From Macrostomum lignano (Eukaryota), in contig NIVC01002717.1 in NCBI GenBank assembly GCA_002269645.1, positions 1 to 64,000 on the forward strand: DNA of 64,000 bases, read 5' to 3'. Shown here piece by piece: positions 1 to 11,303 of this stretch (position 1 is the stretch's first letter; every line of letters begins with the position of its first letter). Under the pieces are notes generated by a model, which saw only the letters and a program-made list of their open reading frames with translations, had not been told where the DNA came from and searched no databases. The position numbers were made by a program, and so were the translations under genes.

Positions 1-879
1 TTCTGTAATTCACTGTAAGCCAAAGCCATGGACAGTATATTGTAATATAGGCATAATGCGAAGACCAAAGTTTTATTGGTTTCATTTAAGTTTTAATGAG
101 AATAATTCATAGTAAAATATAGCCTAGGCCTACTGTACCTGTTTATTGGGCTTAGATTCTTAGAATCATTTTTCACTTAATTTGTATTTAATGACTATTT
201 TTTTAATCAAGTCCAATTTTAGTGGTGGTAAGTTGCTTGGTTCAACTTGAATTCAAAATAATTTTGAGCAAGTTAAGCCACTTTTGTAGGCTAACATTTT
301 AGTCTATTTGCTCTTCTAGTTCTAGATCTAGATAAAAATAGAAATAATTATCTATGGCTAGGCCTACCGCCTACTTGCTACCATACTATGTCCATACACT
401 TCAGCAACAAGACATTTTAAAAATGGACATTTTAACAAAAAAATTTGGACAAATGATTTTTTGTCAACAATAGACCTTATGGCTTATTCTCACACACATT
501 GGCAATAAAAGAGAAAGAAATTTCAAAAAAAAAGCCTTCAATATGAATATAATAATTAATAAATAGCTATAGACATAGGCCTAAGTCTTAATTTGACAAT
601 TGATTTTGATTGATATTAGGGCCTAATTAGTAGCAAGTAGGCCTATATTTGTTTTTCATTTACTTAAAAACTTGAAAGTAAGACATACTACAGGCCTAGG
701 CCTAGTCTATAAATATAAAATACTAAAATAAAATGAAACAGGCCTAATCATTCTATTTAAGTAAGTTTAGTTGGCAATTTCCTAGTTTACTGCGTCAAAC
801 TATTTTTGGGTAGAAATGAAAAGTTACATATTTCAATAGTTGGCAGTAATTTGAGAGCAGTCAAAGTGTCAATAATAAT

Positions 880-1740
880 GCACAACCTAATATAGGAAGT
901 TCCAAAATTCTTCTTCAAGAAGAGGTGGCGCCATAGGTACTCATTGAAGTCTAGGGGATCTTAAACAGGGCGCGCTGGTGCGTGCATTGCCCTGAATTTG
1001 GCCTTGACGTGTGCCCATGACCCCTTAATGGTGTTTGTATGAATAGTTGGGTTGTGGAGTCCACAAAGTGGAGTCAGTGATTGAGAGCCACATGATTCTG
1101 CAAGCTGTTGTAAGCCTGCTATCCATCAGTCAGTATCTTTATGCCAGGAAATATATGCTACTAGATAATGGGCAGAAGTGTTTGAGCAGTGCAGTTTTGG
1201 AACAAGCATCATCATGGCTTTGTTGGTGCCATATTCCACCATTCTGAGAACCCAATGACCTTCATGATAACCTTGCTGGTATTTGCGGCAGAAAACTTTT
1301 ATTTATCTACCTCTACCTTATTAACAGGGCCACCAAGTTCCATGGATGGTTGAACAAGTATTGGCAGCATATGTTGCAACAGAAATTGGCCTAGTCCATG
1401 GCAGTCTAGCGGGCAATGTGACATTAGCATTCAATCTAATACATAGGTAGGCTGCATACACAAAGGTAGATGAAATCTAGGGCAGCTAGGTGACAATAAG
1501 ATGGCTGCCCTTAAAGAAGCTACCCTTTGTAATCGCTTCCTATGTCTTGTAGATAGGGCATGACCAGGCATAGCCATTGATAAACTAGAGTCTATCTTGC
1601 CGTTATAGTTGCATGGCAGAGCATCTAGGCATTGTTTGCAAGCCTAGGAGTTAAGAAGCAGCTCGTAAGTGGCCAGCCAGTACATAGTTGCCATGCCATC
1701 CAATATGAGCAGCACCAGCTCATGCAGTATTAAATCAATG
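880..1740 (-). pseudogene. Decayed Merlin-superfamily (IS1016/IS1595-like DDE) transposase
   Basis: Manual minus-strand translation across frameshifts and stops gives WLATYELLLNS*ACKQC..NGYAWSCPIYKT*EAITKGSFFKGSHL..ELGGPVNKVEVDK*KF..RKYQQG..GHWVLRMVEYGT..TAQTLLPII**HIFPGIKILTDG*QAYNSL..LNH*LHFVD..IHTNTIKGSWAHVKAKF..NEYLWR. This matches the Merlin motif order (GGPG.IVEIDESKF, TLLPII, I.TDGW.AY..L, NHS.HFVD, HTN.IE..W, EF.WR). Confidence 0.85.
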
Positions 1741-2111
1741 TTGCAAAGCTCAGCTGCAGGCCTCAAATTGGCCTCAGGTACAATTGTAATTAATGCTATA
1801 GGCCTCCTGGCCATATGGGCAGTTAGTAGGTAGGCTGAAAAGTTTTGAAAGTGGGCAAATAATTTAATGCAGTAAACTAGAAGATTATGGTTTAGTCATT
1901 ATTATAATTATAAAAAATATTGAATTATGATAATTATTTTAAAAAGCATTGAGCAAATTGCAGAAGTCTAGTAGTTGCAAAGCTGTTTTGTTTCCTTGAT
2001 AGTATTACTTCCATAGCTTCTAGAGTTTGCCTTGTCTTTGAAGCTAATATATTTGCTGACATTGCTAAATTGCTCTATGTATTATATTAGGAGTCTCACA
2101 TTATATATGCG

Positions 2112-2254
2112 CAACCTTTGAATCACCTAGCCATTTCTATTAGCAACGTATATATGTAAGTTGCTATTGGCTAAGAGCAGTCATGTGACTGCTATTTGAA
2201 CCAAGTGACTTATATGTGTTGCCAATAGAAATGGCCAGGTGAATTCCTAGGTTA
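2112..2254. mobile_element. Foldback/palindromic MITE-like element
   Basis: Arms 2112-2154 and 2211-2254 are inverted copies (aatcacctagccatttctattagcaac vs reverse complement aattcacctggccatttctattggcaac). Central palindrome agcagtca-tg-tgactgct at 2176-2193. No TSD identified. Confidence 0.65.
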
Positions 2255-3008
2255 CATTAGCATCTCACATTGATATATTGATAGTCATTAGGCAACTTTC
2301 TAAAAAAAATGATATATACCAAGAGATAGAACTAGAATCTAGTATATTATGCTTGCTGATTAATTAATTTGCTAGTGCTGGCTTTAATAGTTATTTTATA
2401 TATATGGCATGCCTATAGGCACTAAGCTCATTGACAATTGTCAATCTATATTAAACTTGATAACCAGATATTCTAGTGATTAATTGGATATAAATAGATA
2501 TGAAATTGTAATCTAGCTTATTTAATATTTTTACTGATTGTTACTACATTATTTATATATATATATTATATACTTGACAGAAACTAGATCCATAGTCATC
2601 TAGTAAGTATATATATTAAAATAAACACAATTCCTATAGCAATAGCTCATTATAATTAGTGATAGAGGATCTCAATAGTTGAAAAAATTGTGAATTTTCT
2701 CACTAGGCCTAGGTAGGCTTAAAATGGCAATGCCATTAGCTTATAACAAAAATGCTAAGTTCTTTTATCATTTTTGTACAATTCCTAAAAGCCTTATAAT
2801 TGATTTTTTGCCAAATTTCTTGTATAAAGTGAAATATGCAGCCATGGATGATTGCATCTGGAAAAAAACAGCCTTGATTGATAGCTTGCTAGATTATTGT
2901 TTGAAAAGTTTTTTAACATTTTAAGAATTGAGCCCCATTTAACTAGAGCAATATTTAGAATAGACTCTTGCCTAATTGCCATTATATATATATATATTAT
3001 AAGCTTCA

Positions 3009-3541
3009 TATATACTAAAAATGAAATGTCTGTAACTATCTAGCTATGCGATAGATTTCAGAAAAAGTGGCTCAACCGATTTTCTTCAAACTTGCACCAT
3101 TTGATCAGAAATTTTCCTGGGACGGTACATGCATCTTGGCTAAGAAATTGCTCAATTTTAAAGGGATTAAATATTCGAAAAACATGCTTTTTTGCAAAGG
3201 TCAAGCAGCTCTTTCGACCTGAAATGAATTGTAAAAATGCGAAAGAAAAAACTGACTGACTGAATTTCAATTGTGATAAAGATTGCATCACAACAAGATG
3301 AAAACAGTGTCGAAAAAATGCACACAAGACTTGATTGTAATTGCGTAACCATATTGCTAACTTGAATTGAGACTGATACTGGCTGACTGAGAAATTGATT
3401 ATGTCATAACTTTTTACTCTAACTGACTTGCTATAAGAATTGAATTATAAGGGCCACAATACATGTTCTCCAATTGAAAAGAGATAGCCAAGATGGGAAC
3501 AGACTGGACTGCTAATGTAGCGACCTGGGTTCGAATCTTAG
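3009..3541 (+). mobile_element. Non-autonomous Helitron-like (Lep1/DINE-type) element, tentative
   Basis: The head tatatactaaaaatgaaatgtctgt...ggctcaaccgattttcttcaaacttgcac resembles Lep1-type 5' ends. A weak hairpin cgacc-tg-ggttcg precedes ttag|t. Related to the element at 5061. Confidence 0.4.
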
Positions 3542-3589
3542 TAGTGCAAAAACATTTTTTTATTAAAACACTTTAAAACACAAAATGCT

Positions 3590-5050
3590 AAACATAAAAG
3601 AAGCGCAATGTCAAATATAAAAGAGCCACCATGCCAAACAAAAAAAGTGCCACCATGTAGAACACAGAAGAGACACCATGTCAAACATAAAAGAGCCACC
3701 ATTTCAAACATAAAAGAGCCACCATGTGAAACATATACGTGACTCAATGTCAAACATTAAAGAGCCACCATGTCAAACATTAAAGAGCCACCATGTCGAA
3801 CATAACAGAGACAACATTTCAAACATAAAAGAGCCATCATGTCAAACATAAAAGAGCCACCATGTCGAACATTAAAGAGCCACTATGTCAAACATAACAG
3901 AGACAACATTTCAAACATAAAAGAGCCATCATGTCAAACATTAAAGAGCCACCATGTCGAACATTAAAGAGCCACCATGTTGAACATTGAAGAGCCACCA
4001 TGTCAAACATTAAAGAGCCACCAAGTAAAATATAAAAGAGCTACCATGTCAAACATAAAAGAGCCACCATGTCGAACATAACAGAGACAACATTTCAAAC
4101 ATTTAAGAGCCACCATGTCAAACATAAAAGAGCCACCATGTCGAGCATAAAAGAGCCACCATGTCAAACATAAAAGAGCCACCATGTCAAACATTAAAGA
4201 GCCACCATGTCAAACATTCAAGAGAAACCATGTCGAACATAACAGAGACAACATTTCAAACATTTAAGAGCCACCATGTCAAACATAAAAGAGCCACCAT
4301 GTCGAGCATAAAATAGCCACCATGTTGAACATTAAAGAGCCACCATGTCAAACATTAAAGAGCCACCATGTCGAGCATAAAAGAGCCACCATGTCGAACA
4401 TAAAAGAGCCACCATGTCAAACATTAAAGAGCCACCATGTCAAACATTCAAGAGACACCATGTCGAACATAACAGAGACAACATTTCAAACATTTAAGAG
4501 CCACCATGTCAAACATAAAAGATCTACCATGTCAAACATAAAAGAGCCATCATGTCAAACATAAAAGAGCCACCATGTCGAACATTAAAGAGCCACCATG
4601 TTCAACATTAAGGAGCCACCATGTCAAACATAAAAGAGCCACCATGTCAAACATTAAAGAGCCACCATGTCAAACATTAAAGAGCCACCATGTCAAACAT
4701 TCAAGATCAGCCATGTCGAACATAAAAGAGCCACCATGTAAAATATAAAAGAGCTACCATGTCAAACATAAAAGAGCCATCATGTCAAACATAAAAGAGC
4801 CATCATGTGAAACATATACGTGACTCAATGTCAAACATTAAAGAGCCACCATGTCAAACATATACGTGACTCCATGTCAAACATTAAAGAGCCACCATGT
4901 CAAACATATATGACTCCATGTCAAACATATATGACTCCATGTCAAACATATATGACTCCATGTCAAACATTAAAAATAAAAAAGACACCATGTCACACAT
5001 AAGGGAGCCACCATATCAAACATAAAAGAGCTACCATGTCAAAACATTAT
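3590..5050. repeat. 23-bp minisatellite (gccaccatgtcaaacataaaaga), ~60 copies
   Basis: Direct periodicity (e.g. 4155 and 4178). The same family resumes at 7945-8260. Confidence 0.95.
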
Positions 5051-5060
5051 TGAGCCATTA

Positions 5061-5730
5061 TCTCTACCTATAAAAATCAAAACTCTGTCTGTCTGTGGAC
5101 AAATTACTTCGCTATGGACTCCCAAACCGCTCAACCAAATTACACCAAACTTTACACCCACCCTAAACTTACTACGGAGAATGTCTTAGGCTACCTTTTA
5201 ATTTCCTAAATTTGAGTCTTCCTACCTAAAAGTACAAAAAACTGCTCAAAATGCGCGATTTTTTCACTTAATCCTCCATAGCGCCGCTCCACTTCTACCG
5301 ATTCTCTTCAAATTTGACACAGATAATCTTTAACTATTTTGGCACAATTGTGTAAAATTTCGAGTCTCAAAGTTAATCCTGAGCGGTGCTGTGCACTTTT
5401 AAAGTTAGGCTGTTTTTTTCAGCGTAGCAACCACCCCAACCTCCGCCCGCCTGCCTCTCTTTCCCGATCCTGATCTGGGCCCAGATGTGTATAAGGGTTT
5501 CAAAATTGACTAACTTTCAGCTGCCATAAGTTTGCTCCACGTAAAGCGATTGACTTCAAACTTGACACAATTCTTCATTGACTCATTCTCTATCTAAATG
5601 TAAAGTTTCAACTCTGTAACTCAACCGAAAAAGAAACTGTAAGCATGTGAAGTTTGTCTGCTTTTTCTGTTGTTTGTGCCACTCACTCACTCATTCCCCC
5701 AGAGCCAGACGAAGGGTCAGGCGATAGGAC
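5061..5730 (+). mobile_element. Non-autonomous Helitron-like element, tentative
   Basis: Starts A|TC tctacctataaaaatcaaaactctgtctgtctgt with a proto-(CTGT)n, then aaaccgctcaaccaaatt..aaactt motifs repeated internally. Hairpin gccagac-gaagg-gtcaggc near 5704. The 3' end is uncertain. Confidence 0.4.
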
Positions 5731-6289
5731 TGAATGTACATAGCAAATGTACAGTGTTTTGGAATAACTTTTTAATAGCCGTCTCTGTACCCCCGCGAGT
5801 GGAGAGGCGTGGAGAGGAGAAAGTTTAGCGAGAGATTCAAACTACTGTCCTCTGTATAGACAAGTCGCAGCAGTTAAACAAGGATGGCAAATCAAGGCGA
5901 TGTGGGATGGTTTATAAAAATAGCGAAAAATTAATGAATAACTTATTACAATGCAATCCTACTAAATTAGTTACACCATGAAGCTTTTAACATTAATTTT
6001 CGCATAGAGTAACTTTAAAATTTAAATGACTCCTAAGAAATGCGCATTTCCTTGGTTGTTAGACTGCTGCAGAGTGCAGACTGTGGTGGTGGAGCTGGAG
6101 ATACACAAATTCCTCTCAGGGCTGCTAATTGGCCAGAAAGGTGACGTGTTTAAAGCATAAGAAATGATAACCATGATAGTACGACGTCCCACAAACTGGC
6201 TTTCAAAGCAGGGATCGGTAGATTTTTAACTCAAAGGCCAGATAAAGAATCCAGCTCATGGCTGCGGGCCAGATGAGAGTAAAAAAGAA

Positions 6290-7640
6290 AAGGAATAGAC
6301 TATTAGAAAGAGAGGAAGGGTGAGAGGGGGTAAGAGAAAAGATATAAGATAACAGGAAAGACGAGTGGGGTGAGGACGAGGAGAGAGCAGAGAATATGGG
6401 AGGAGGAAGCGAGAGGAGGGGAGACAGGAGGGAGAGGAAAGAGTAGAGGTGAGAAGAGGAAGAGAGAAGAGGGGAGAGATGAGACAGAGGATCGATGAGA
6501 GAGGAGAGTAGAGAAGAGTGAGAAGAGAATAGAGAACAGAGAGGAGATAGGAGGGGAGAGAGAGGGAGAGAGGAGTGAGAAGAGAGGAGATAAGAGATGA
6601 GAGAGAGAGAGAGTTGAGAAAGAAGAGAGGAGAAAGGAGAGATGATAGAGTAAAGGGAAGAAGAGGAGAGAGGAAAGAGATGAGATTGTGGAGACGAGAG
6701 AGTAGAGATGAGAGATGAAGGAAGAGAGAGCAGAGTGCAAAGAGACAAGAGAAGAGTATAGAAGAGGGAAGAGAAGAGGAGTAAGAAGAGAGGATTCAGT
6801 AGAGGGGAAAGAGAAGAGTACACATGAGAGTGGAGAGTAAAGATGACAGAAGAGAGAGGGGGTAGAGAGCAAAGATGAGAGTGAACGCGATATATGAGAG
6901 GAGAGAGGAGAGCGAAGAGAGAAGAGAGAAGACAAGAGAGGGAGAGAATAGAAGAGGGAAGAGAAGAGAAGGGAAAAAGGAGAAGGAAAGAGAGGAGTCA
7001 AAAGAGGGGAAAAAGAAGAGTACAGATGAGAGAGGTGAGAAAACATACGAGTATAAGAGAGTAAAGATGGCAGATGAGAGAGGGGAGATGAGAGACCAGA
7101 GACGAGAGTGAACAGACGAGAGATGGGAGAGTGGAGAGAAAAAAGGATAGAAATAAGAGATGAGAGGTAAGACAAAGGGAGAGAGAAGTGAGTGAGGAGA
7201 GAGGAGGGGAGGGGAGAGAAACGAGAGGACAGGGGAAAGAGTAGAAAGGACGAGAGAGGAGATGAAACAGGGGAGAGATTAGAGGAGAAAGAGATATGGG
7301 ACAGGAGAGAGCAGAGAGATAAGAGGAGAGAGAGAGGAGAGAGAGAGGGAAAGAGAGAGGAGAGAACATGCAGAAAGAATGAGAAAAGAGAAGAGAGAAA
7401 AGATAAAAGAAGAGAAAGAAGAGATAGATAAGAGAGCAAAGACGAGAGAGAAGAGAGGTGAGGGAAGAGACGATAGAAGAGAGGAGAGAGGAGAGAGGAA
7501 AGAAGAGAAGAGATGAGAGGAGAGAGAGGAGAGAGTAGAGAGGAGGGATAAAAGAATAGAAGGGAGAGAGAATAGACGAGAGAATAGGGGATAGAGGAGA
7601 GAGAGAGAAGAGACAGAGACGAGAGAGAGGAGAGGAAACA
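6290..7640. repeat. Aperiodic GA-rich polypurine tract
   Basis: About 1.35 kb of almost only A/G on the + strand. The overlapping L/S-rich and E/R-rich ORFs are artefacts. Confidence 0.9.
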
Positions 7641-7944
7641 GAAGAGAAGGTCAAAGTTTCTAAGGATCCAAGGGACATAAGGAGAGGCAGAGGCCAGAGT
7701 TTGCCTGTTCGGAGCACCCCAGCCAACAATATAAATGTTTGCCTCAAATCCTAATTTTTTACGAATGTACTCTATTTTATGTTTAATTCTTACCTAACTA
7801 TTAACGAGTTTTTGTTTGAGTTTGACCTCAGATTTTAGAATATGAGTACATGCAAAATAGTTCCAGGGATTGAAATTCCCCGGGTTCAAAATCCGCGGGT
7901 TTCAACAGCTTGTGCCCAATATAAAAAGACACAATTTCAAATGT

Positions 7945-8260
7945 AAAAGGGCCGCCATGTCAAACATAGAAGAGCCACCATGTCAAACATAGAAGAGCCA
8001 CCATGTCAAACAACTAAGCCACCATGTCAAACATAACAGAGACACCATTTCAAACGTAAAAGGGCCGCCATGGCAAACATAGAAGAGCCACCATGTCAAA
8101 CATTAAAGAGCTACCATGTCAAACACAAAAGGGCCACCACGTCCAACATTAAAGAGCTATCATGTCAAACACAAAAGAGCTACCATGTCAAACATTAAAA
8201 AGCCACTTTTTTAAACAAAAAAGAGACACCATTTCAAACATAAAAGAAGTGTCATGCCAA
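7945..8260. repeat. Second block of the 23-bp gccaccatgtcaaacat minisatellite
   Basis: Same unit as 3590-5050, more diverged. Confidence 0.9.
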
Positions 8261-8339
8261 ACAAAATGAAACCATTATAAAGCTAAGGAAATTGTTGCAC
8301 TAGCTACTTGTTCTCTGGTGGATGCTTGCTATTTAAGGA

Positions 8340-9110
8340 TGGATACTTGCTATCAGGGGGATGCTTGCTCTTGGGGGTGGAGAGTACTTGCTATCTGAGA
8401 GGGGGTTGCTAGATATCTATAAGGTATCTTTGTATCCAGGTTATGCTTGCTATCAGGGGTTGCTTGCTGTCTGGGGGATGCTTGCTATCTGGGGGGGGGA
8501 TGCTTGCTATCTAGGGGATGCTTGCTATCTGCGGGATGCTTGCTATCTGGGGGATGCTTGCTATCTGCGGGATGCTTGCTATCTGGGGGACGCTTGCTAT
8601 CTGGGGTCTGGGGAATGCTTGCTATCTGGGGATGCTTGCGATCTGGGGGATGCTTGCTATCTGAGGAATGCTTGCTATCTGGGGGATGCTTGCTATCTGC
8701 GGGATGCTTGCTATCTGGGGGATGCTTGCTATCTGGGGTCTGGGGGAATGCTTGCTATCGGGGGATGCTTGCAGTCTGGGGGATGCTTGCTATCTGGGGA
8801 TGCTTGCCATCTGGGGGACGCTTGCTATCTGGGGTCTGGGGGAATGCTTGCTATCTGGGGATGCTTGCGATCTGGGGGATGCTTGCTATCTGAGGAATGC
8901 TTGCTATCTGGGGGATGCTTGCTATCTGCGGGATGCTTGCTATCTGGGGGATGCTTGCTATCTGGGGTCTGGGGGAATGCTTGCTATCGGGGGGATGCTT
9001 GCAGTCTGGGGGATGCTTGCTATCTGGGGATGCTTGCTATCTGGGGGATGCTTGCAGTCTGGGGGATGCTTGCTATTTGGGGATCAATGCTTGAATGTTG
9101 TCTGAGGATG
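8340..9110. repeat. 18-bp minisatellite (gatgcttgctatctgggg)
   Basis: Direct periodicity; it generates the spurious CYLGDA-repeat ORFs. Confidence 0.95.
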
Positions 9111-9432
9111 CTTGCTGTCTTGGGATGTTTTGTTTTTAAGAGGGAATGTCTGTTGTTTTTTCTGAAGGCTTTATTTCGCTGTCTATTTGTTATTTGTAAA
9201 AAACAAGGATTCTATCCAGATGCCCCCCATCGGGGGGCAAAGATTGCTAGTTATATACTCAATTCAAATGCAATAAAATTAGACTTGTCTAAAATCAATT
9301 AAATTAGCATACTAGGTTCAGTTTCTAAGCATTTTTAAAAACAATTCTAAAAAGCTAGCAGCTTTGGCCAATAAGTTCCTTAGGCTTAGAGACATACATG
9401 TGCAACAGTTGGCTAATTAGTACGATTTGGCG

Positions 9433-10767
9433 GCCAACCAAGGAAGTCACAAAAATGCCCGCCCAAAAAATAACCAAGTAGTAGTACAAGTAGCTGATGA
9501 GGAATTTTGCTTAATAAGACAGTTATAGTTACTCCTGCCATTTACCCAAAGTTGCGTTAATTTTGCTTTAGGGTTTTTTTACATATAAGTCACATTTTTG
9601 GCCAAAAACTATGTCGCTTTTTTGTTAAAACTAAGTCGCATGGCCGACCAAATTTTGGAGGTTGCGCATGTATGCTTAGAGAGGTAGTTCTAGATATGGC
9701 TGAATGGTAAATGATAATGCTATCCTTTAGAATGTTTAATAGATAGGATTTGTTGATAAGCCACAATTTAGAGAATTTAGTAAGATGTTGATAGATTTGC
9801 CAAGTATAGTACTGCTAGTAATAGGCCACTGCCATTACCACAGTAATTTGTATATAAAATTTGTAAGATATAATTAGCTCAAATTAGTCTAACAACTCTT
9901 TTAATTCAATTCACTCAAAATTAATTAATGCTAACTAAGATCACAAAGGCTTGATGATAGCTAAAATAATTATTGCAGTTTAATAAATGTAATATAACTG
10001 TGGGTGTTAAATAGTAGTAGTTTATTATTGCTCAACATTTAATTGCAAACTGAGTTATATAGCATGAAATTACTTATAATGGAAAGGAGATAATTGGTCT
10101 TTGGTAGTATGGAGTTATAATTATGGAGCCTTAAGTATTGGAAAATTAAGAGAAAAAGATTATTTAAAAAGTCAAGGCTGCTATACACTCAGTGTGAGCA
10201 TATGTGTGAGTTTGTGTCTGCATATAGACAGAATTGCCTCAATGCTAGTTGTGGGACAACACAAAATTCTTATGAATATTATTAATATGCTCAGAGTAAA
10301 CTTAATCTGGTTTTAACAAATTAGAATTGCAGTTCCATTTGGCATCTAGGGTCTAGACTTAATGATTCCATTCTCAGGACACCATACTAAAAACCAGCTG
10401 GTATACAAAGCAATTAAAATACCAACAGCTCTACCCAACCCTTTACACTGATAAGCCTTTCTGATCACTCAGAAGTTGCAAATGTCCTACAGACTCCATG
10501 TTTACAGATTAATCAAATTTGACAATTGATAAGAAGTCTTGAAGTTTCAAAAAATCCAAATAGTTATAAAAAACATACATGCGCAACCACTGATTTACAC
10601 TGGCCATGTGACTTACCTGTGAAAGAAACTCTTGAGCAAATTAATTCAAATTTTGGGTAAACGGCACGAGTAATTATGACTGTCCTATTAAAGCTAAATG
10701 CCTCGGCATCTAATTAGTACTACGTCTATTTTTTTGGGTGGCATTTTTGCGACTTACCTTGGCTGGG
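9433..10767. mobile_element. DNA transposon relic with ~170-bp terminal inverted repeats (MULE- or CMC/EnSpm-like, unresolved)
   Basis: 9433-9603 aligns with the reverse complement of 10600-10767 (cca[a/g]ccaagg[t]aagtc[a/g]caaaaatgcc..cccaaaaaa..gtagtac..ttaata[a/g]gacagt[t/c]ata..ttactc.tgcc.tttacccaaa..taagtcaca..tggcc). The interior is CpG-poor with stop-riddled frames. No TSD found. Confidence 0.75.
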
Positions 10768-10791
10768 TCACTCATCAGCCAGCATGTATGC

Positions 10792-10798
10792 TATAAAA
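10792..10798 (+). promoter_or_regulatory. TATA-like box upstream of rps26
   Basis: TATAAAA 68 bp before the ATG and 25 bp from the transposon TIR. Motif match only. Confidence 0.3.
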
Positions 10799-10859
10799 CA
10801 ATAGTAGGGCTTGTTATCCTAGATTAGCCTCCATATTTGCACCTGCAGCCTGTTCAACA

Positions 10860-11303
10860 ATGACTGTTAAGCGTCGCAATCACGGACGTAGCAAGAAGGG
10901 CCGCGGCCACGTGCGCTGTGTTCGCTGCACCAACTGCGGCCGGTGCACGCCTAAAGATAAATCTATTAAGAAATTCATCATCCGCAACATTGTTGAAGCC
11001 GCCGCTGTCAGGGACATCAACGAGAACTCCGTGTACGAGGCCAACACCTACGCCCTGCCGAAGCTGTACGCCAAGCTGCAGTATTGCGTCAGCTGCGCTA
11101 TCCACTCCAAGGTGGTGCGCAACCGATCGCACGAGGCCCGTAGAGATCGCACTCCGCCGCCACGGTTTGGCGGTGGCGGTGGCCCGCGAGCCCCTGGCGG
11201 CCCCGGCGGCCCAGCTGGTCCTGGCGGCCGACCCGGCGGTCCCGGACCTTCGACTGGCGGCGGCCCCGGCGGCGGTGGCCCCGGCGGATTCGGTCGTCAA
11301 TAA
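10860..11303 (+). CDS. rps26: 40S ribosomal protein S26 (eS26), intronless, with Gly/Pro-rich C-terminal extension
   Basis: 147 aa: [86 protein letters not shown] overlaps the stop codon. Confidence 0.97.
   Translation: MTVKRRNHGRSKKGRGHVRCVRCTNCGRCTPKDKSIKKFIIRNIVEAAAVRDINENSVYEANTYALPKLYAKLQYCVSCAIHSKVVRNRSHEARRDRTPPPRFGGGGGPRAPGGPGGPAGPGGRPGGPGPSTGGGPGGGGPGGFGRQ

Noticed and set aside
3505-3545. tRNA gene (GGTTCGAATC B-box)
   Set aside because: No A-box or cloverleaf; better explained as the end of the Helitron-like element or a fragment.
8361-9302. Cys-rich repeat protein ORF (CYLGDA)n
   Set aside because: All three frames are open only because of an 18-bp array; no splice or domain support.
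10677-10687. 11-bp match (gacagtcataa, minus strand) between the TIR and the 95-bp satellite unit
   Set aside because: Too short to distinguish from chance in 64 kb.
10600-10770. Divergent minus-strand spliced gene (two GTAAGTC donors) head-to-head with rps26
   Set aside because: Both motifs fall within the transposon TIR, are mirrored at 9433-9603, and give no open frame.
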